Shown here: positions 34,501-34,908 of the stretch, piece by piece | Layout: the number at the start of each line of letters is the position of its first letter | Numbering within the stretch: position 1 is the stretch's first letter | DNA from: Lytechinus pictus | Taxonomy: Eukaryota | Direction of reading: 5' to 3' | DNA: 34,908 bases | Assembly: GCF_037042905.1 (NCBI RefSeq) | Contig: NC_087262.1 | Coordinates: 2,232,001 to 2,266,908 of the forward strand | Program-made: the position numbers and the translations under genes | Notes under the pieces: generated by a model | The model's database searches: none | What the model was told of the DNA's origin: nothing | Seen by the model: the letters and a program-made list of their open reading frames with translations, nothing else

Positions 34501-34875
34501 AAAAATTATCTCATTAATTAGGTAATTTTATAATATTTTAGAACCATCTACATGCATCTTACATTCAAAGCGGCTTTAAACAAATAATGTTATTGAGATT
34601 TACTCTTGAAAAATATATAATGTATCCTTTTGTACATTTACTATTATATTTGTTGTGTGTTTATCGATTATCTCTGCCGAAATTACAAAATCGTGTGACC
34701 TGTTGTTATTATAGAGAATAACTATAGATCCACGATTGAATTTGATTTCCTTTTTGCTACCAGGAATGTCCAAATGGACCCATTGACAAGCGCGCAGAGC
34801 AGTGTACTAACTTTTTCAGCAATTGGAACTTTATGAATCAGAGACATACCTGGCTGCCATATGAAAACAGAAATA
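1377..34875 (+). CDS. ADAMTS3: ADAMTS2/3/14-like (procollagen N-proteinase family) metalloprotease gene, partial and multi-exon; 5' and 3' ends lie outside the window
   Basis: Phase-compatible GT-AG exons join into: pro-domain (EYIIEP..HVMYRR), furin site RAKR, catalytic domain ([37 protein letters not shown](A/S)P), disintegrin-like ([21 protein letters not shown]), TSP1 ([25 protein letters not shown]) and Cys-rich start (RAEQC..WLPYE). [18 protein letters not shown] and GPPLDGT match the vertebrate ADAMTS2/3/14 subfamily. The symbol is a family-level call. Confidence 0.95.
1738..2075. repeat. (GAAT)n/(GAGT)n/(GAAC)n compound microsatellite
   Basis: Direct inspection. Confidence 0.95.
2121..2356 (+). 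CDS. ADAMTS3: ADAMTS exon B, furin site RAKR and start of the metalloprotease domain ([26 protein letters not shown])
   Basis: cctag acceptor, atc|gtaaga donor; phase 1 to phase 0. Confidence 0.92.
2505..2680. mobile_element. Small element with gacatttactcc/gagcaaatgt ends and internal CCCTAA-like repeats
   Basis: Imperfect terminal inverted match; cctaaacctaac and ccctaacccta inside. Confidence 0.4.
2710..5470 (+). mobile_element. 5'-truncated, disrupted non-LTR retrotransposon (CR1/L2 group): ORF2 APE-RT remnant, 3' UTR and (ATCAA)n tail
   Basis: IMGDYN, PTR..TLIDNI, SDHLP (APE); [29 protein letters not shown] (RT). 1-nt frameshift near 3880; roughly 0.4-kb internal deletion at 4654-4660 judged against the second LINE; stop at 4758; AATAAA followed by an atcaa tail at 5448-5470. 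Confidence 0.93.
5487..5776. mobile_element. MITE with GGCCCGTATTCTGAA TIRs and AT flanks (Harbinger/ISL2EU-like)
   Basis: at|ggcccgtattctgaa ... ttcagaatacgggcc|at; second copy at 28446-28733. Confidence 0.85.
7845..8060 (-). CDS. Kinase last exon: APE, subdomains IX-XI and stop
   Basis: [38 protein letters not shown]; ctacag acceptor, TAG stop. Confidence 0.9.
   Translation of the reverse strand, partial: ENFVHLAPECALDDEATSTMSDVYQLGRVLKSMGDEADIAELNSIGVMCMQTPPTSRPTIEDVVDLLECMM
8236..8449 (-). CDS. Kinase exon: catalytic loop and DFG
   Basis: [30 protein letters not shown]; tttcag acceptor, AAT|GTAAGT donor. Confidence 0.9.
8807..9003 (-). pseudogene. Kinase exon covering alphaC to hinge, carrying the premature TGA
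   Basis: [65 protein letters not shown]; gacag acceptor, GTGAGT donor. Confidence 0.85.
9243..9474 (-). CDS. Kinase exon: Gly-rich loop and VAIK-equivalent lysine
   Basis: [27 protein letters not shown]; tgcag acceptor, CAG|GTAAGC donor. Confidence 0.88.
10661..10879. mobile_element. MITE with CACT...AGTG termini and TA flanks, copy 2 (inside a kinase-gene intron)
   Basis: ta|cactctaaattccaaggattt ... aaatcctcgaaatttagagtg|ta. Confidence 0.8.
11019..11261 (-). CDS. Kinase-gene exon encoding a predicted coiled coil
   Basis: [49 protein letters not shown]; catag acceptor, CAG|GTAAAG donor, 243 nt, phase 0-0. Confidence 0.75.
11386..11542. mobile_element. MITE family with GGGAGCGTTTCAT TIRs and 3-bp CWG TSD (PIF/Harbinger-like), copy 1
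   Basis: cag|gggggcgtttcat ... atgaaacgctccc|cag. Confidence 0.85.
13410..13575. promoter_or_regulatory. Cluster of bZIP-type sites upstream of the kinase gene
   Basis: TTATGCAA 13417-13424, TGCGCATG 13513-13520, TTACGCAA 13534-13541, TGACGTCA 13556-13563; locally CpG-rich. Confidence 0.4.
13775..16733 (+). mobile_element. 5'-truncated non-LTR retrotransposon (CR1/L2 group) with an uninterrupted ORF2 remnant, 3' UTR, (ATTGA)n and poly(A)
   Basis: Open frame from 13775 to 16276 with APE C-terminal half and full RT motifs; tail aataaaatgattgaattgaattgaattg followed by a poly(A) run. Confidence 0.95.
13808..16276 (+). CDS. LINE ORF2 (endonuclease-reverse transcriptase), N-terminally truncated
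   Basis: 822-aa ORF with [45 protein letters not shown] and FLG; no authentic start codon. Confidence 0.9.
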   Translation: MNNLLNHHSVQNKKCIIMGDFNYDLLSSNINISTHEFLETFLSASFLPLISKPTRITRTSATLIDNFFSNIQSEFNAGIVLSDISDHFPIFMHYTDKFQPNNTPSDFAKRRVFSDENIDRLKLSLEEETWHDVFNNEDVNHSYDKFIDIFMSHVNRNIPYSTHKSKNYKKSPRLPWITNSILRSINRKNRLYYKHLSKCTDQTRIQYTSYKNVLTSVIRTAKKVYYHDQFNRCQNDLRRTWKIINSTLHNGSKHPKITKLRHNNAIIENTIQMANIFNNYFSNVGFNLASHIPSTDHSFHNYLTDRNESSLFFSPTYPQEIIKIIYGLKLNKSAGFDGIDNNLLQKTMNYIVHPLVHIFNLSLSSGHIPESMKISKIIPVFKKGDRELTNNYRPISLLTTLSKILEKLVHIRTTNFFHKHNILSNTQYGFREKSSTTHAILSLVQKVAKESDLSSNTVGLFIDFSKAFDTVDHDILLFKLSHYGIRGKPLIWFRNYLKGRSQFVSLNDNFSEHKPVLCGVPQGSILGPLLFIIYINDIEKSSRLLQFILFADDSNIFFSHHDPKQLTQMLNKELKNVANWIKANKLSLNLDKTSYMLFSNKFEALPNDVIFDGTVIQRVRSTRFLGLIIDDKLSWKPHVDNVCKIIARNTGILGKLKQFLPHTIMLSLYSTLILPYLNYGLIAWGNATIWLIDRLFILQKRAIRVINNADFRAHTNNLFLKNKILKIKELYTFQLGQFMFKLNTKQLPMPLIDMFFKNSSIHSHFTRQANSFHLPLNRTSFAQKTFIVMGPKLWNSFTIDIKQSNSIQMFKKRLKSFLLNYY
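18444..18545. repeat. Minisatellite, 3 copies of 33-36 bp
   Basis: ggtcgttaaaggagcagtacgacttttcggtga and two variants. Confidence 0.8.
18876..19162. mobile_element. Two adjacent, oppositely oriented copies of the GGGAGCGTTTCAT MITE (18876-19021 and 19025-19162)
   Basis: Both carry the family TIRs and the internal tccgacaagttgtcagatctgac block; separated by ctg. Confidence 0.82.
20720..20803 (+). CDS. ADAMTS3: ADAMTS exon C ([28 protein letters not shown])
   Basis: tttttcag acceptor, cag|gtgatt donor, 84 nt; continues the catalytic domain after an 18.4-kb intron. Confidence 0.92.
21231..21378 (+). CDS. ADAMTS3: ADAMTS exon D ([37 protein letters not shown])
   Basis: ctccag acceptor, g|gtaggt donor, 148 nt. 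Confidence 0.93.
21510..21820. mobile_element. Palindromic (foldback) MITE
   Basis: Arms ttttcgcatttactacggggaaactctctacaacgca...tcgaaagttggtggac and gtccaccaactttcga...tgcgttgtagagagtatctccgtagtaaatgcgaaaa. Confidence 0.8.
22544..22699. mobile_element. GGGAGCGTTTCAT MITE, copy 4
   Basis: ctg|gggagcgtttcat ... atgaaacgctccc|ctg. Confidence 0.88.
23421..24239. mobile_element. Tc1/mariner-type non-autonomous element with TIRs of about 300 bp, in a (TA)n context
   Basis: ta|cagtgcgtcccagaaaaaacgaaaccgagatt ... aatctcggtttcgttttttgtgggacgcactc|ta; complementarity extends about 300 bp inward. Confidence 0.9.
24564..24669 (+). CDS. ADAMTS3: ADAMTS exon E, containing the HExxH zinc motif ([36 protein letters not shown])
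   Basis: ctacag acceptor, gt|gtaagc donor, 106 nt, phase 1 to phase 2. Not in the supplied ORF track. Confidence 0.95.
25508..26197. mobile_element. Decayed non-autonomous DNA element, possibly TTAA/Kolobok-type
   Basis: Degenerate ends ttaaaatccaggtcccac / gtgggcgtgacctaaat, with internal gtgacgtcat pairs. Confidence 0.35.
26359..26502 (+). CDS. ADAMTS3: ADAMTS exon F1, alternative copy 1: third Zn ligand and Met-turn ([48 protein letters not shown])
   Basis: aaag acceptor, tc|gtgagt donor, 144 nt, phase 2-2. Confidence 0.9.
26582..26725 (+). CDS. ADAMTS3: ADAMTS exon F2, alternative copy 2 ([48 protein letters not shown])
   Basis: catag acceptor after a long pyrimidine tract, tc|gtgagt donor, 144 nt, phase 2-2; paralogous to F1. 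Confidence 0.9.
27561..27834 (-). mobile_element. SINE with 7SL(Alu-domain)-like head, B-box, Deu/Nin-like core and CAA-rich tail
   Basis: Minus strand reads CTGGGCGTTGTGGCGTGCGCCTGTAATCCAAGCTA...GGTTCGAGCCC..GTCTTTCGGATGGTGACGTTAAAGGTCGGTCCC. Confidence 0.7.
27935..28445. repeat. Minisatellite of 9-11-bp subunits in a higher-order unit of about 42 bp
   Basis: Repeating cactgtatatt-cagtgtgtt-cacagcgtgtc-cacagtgtgtt; resumes after 28733. Confidence 0.9.
28446..28733. mobile_element. GGCCCGTATTCT MITE, copy 2, nested in the minisatellite, right TIR truncated
   Basis: Similar to 5487-5776 along its length; ends at aaacctgtcttcag. Confidence 0.8.
29652..29784 (+). CDS. ADAMTS3: ADAMTS exon G ([44 protein letters not shown])
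   Basis: ttctag acceptor, gcg|gtaagt donor, 133 nt, phase 2 to phase 0. Confidence 0.94.
30179..30286 (+). CDS. ADAMTS3: ADAMTS exon H1, alternative copy 1, disintegrin-like ([36 protein letters not shown])
   Basis: caacag acceptor, atg|gtaagg donor, 108 nt, phase 0-0. Not in the ORF track. Confidence 0.88.
30570..30683 (+). CDS. ADAMTS3: ADAMTS exon H2, alternative copy 2 ([38 protein letters not shown])
   Basis: TACTAAC branch point at 30519-30525, aaacag acceptor, atg|gtaaga donor, 114 nt, phase 0-0; paralogous to H1. Confidence 0.9.
32448..32770 (+). mobile_element. tRNA-derived SINE with (TTA)n tail
   Basis: A-box TGGCCCAGTG and B-box GGTTCGAATCCC; core cactcaacccaggtg..aatgggtacc; 3' gcgctatacaagaact followed by (tta)n. 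Confidence 0.85.
33717..33853 (+). CDS. ADAMTS3: ADAMTS exon I, TSP1 repeat ([45 protein letters not shown])
   Basis: gaacag acceptor, ag|gtaaac donor, 137 nt; WxxWxxWxxC motif. Confidence 0.94.
33866..34280. repeat. (ATTG)n microsatellite with an internal duplication
   Basis: ttggttgaatgaatgatcaagtaactgattgattg occurs twice (near 33892 and near 34060). Confidence 0.92.
34301..34364 (+). CDS. ADAMTS3: ADAMTS exon J, end of TSP1 ([21 protein letters not shown])
   Basis: atttag acceptor, cag|gtgtgt donor, 64 nt. Confidence 0.9.
34764..34875 (+). CDS. ADAMTS3: ADAMTS exon K, start of the Cys-rich domain ([37 protein letters not shown])
   Basis: taccag acceptor, a|gtaagt donor, 112 nt. Confidence 0.92.
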
Positions 34876-34908
34876 GTAAGTGATAATAGGAGGACGAAGA
34901 GTAGTACT

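Overview
AT-rich, intron-rich animal genomic DNA. The repeat content suggests an invertebrate deuterostome such as a sea urchin (inference only). The window holds the internal part of a + strand ADAMTS2/3/14-type (procollagen N-proteinase-like) metalloprotease gene: 13 GT-AG exons running from the pro-domain through the catalytic, disintegrin-like and TSP1 domains into the Cys-rich domain. Two exons occur as tandem, same-phase, diverged pairs (26359-26502/26582-26725 at the active site; 30179-30286/30570-30683 in the disintegrin-like domain). They look mutually exclusive, and each pair has its own apparent steric mechanism: a donor-proximal branch point in a 79-nt intron, and a G-U-rich RNA stem that would fold the donor next to a TACTAAC branch point. 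The 18.4-kb intron (2357-20719) contains a 10-exon antisense protein-kinase gene with one in-frame TGA, two 5'-truncated CR1/L2-group LINEs and several MITEs. Elsewhere there are a tRNA-type SINE, a SINE with a 7SL(Alu-domain)-like head, an EnSpm-like element filled with tandem repeats, and microsatellites. Coordinates and alignments were worked out by eye; no searches were run.
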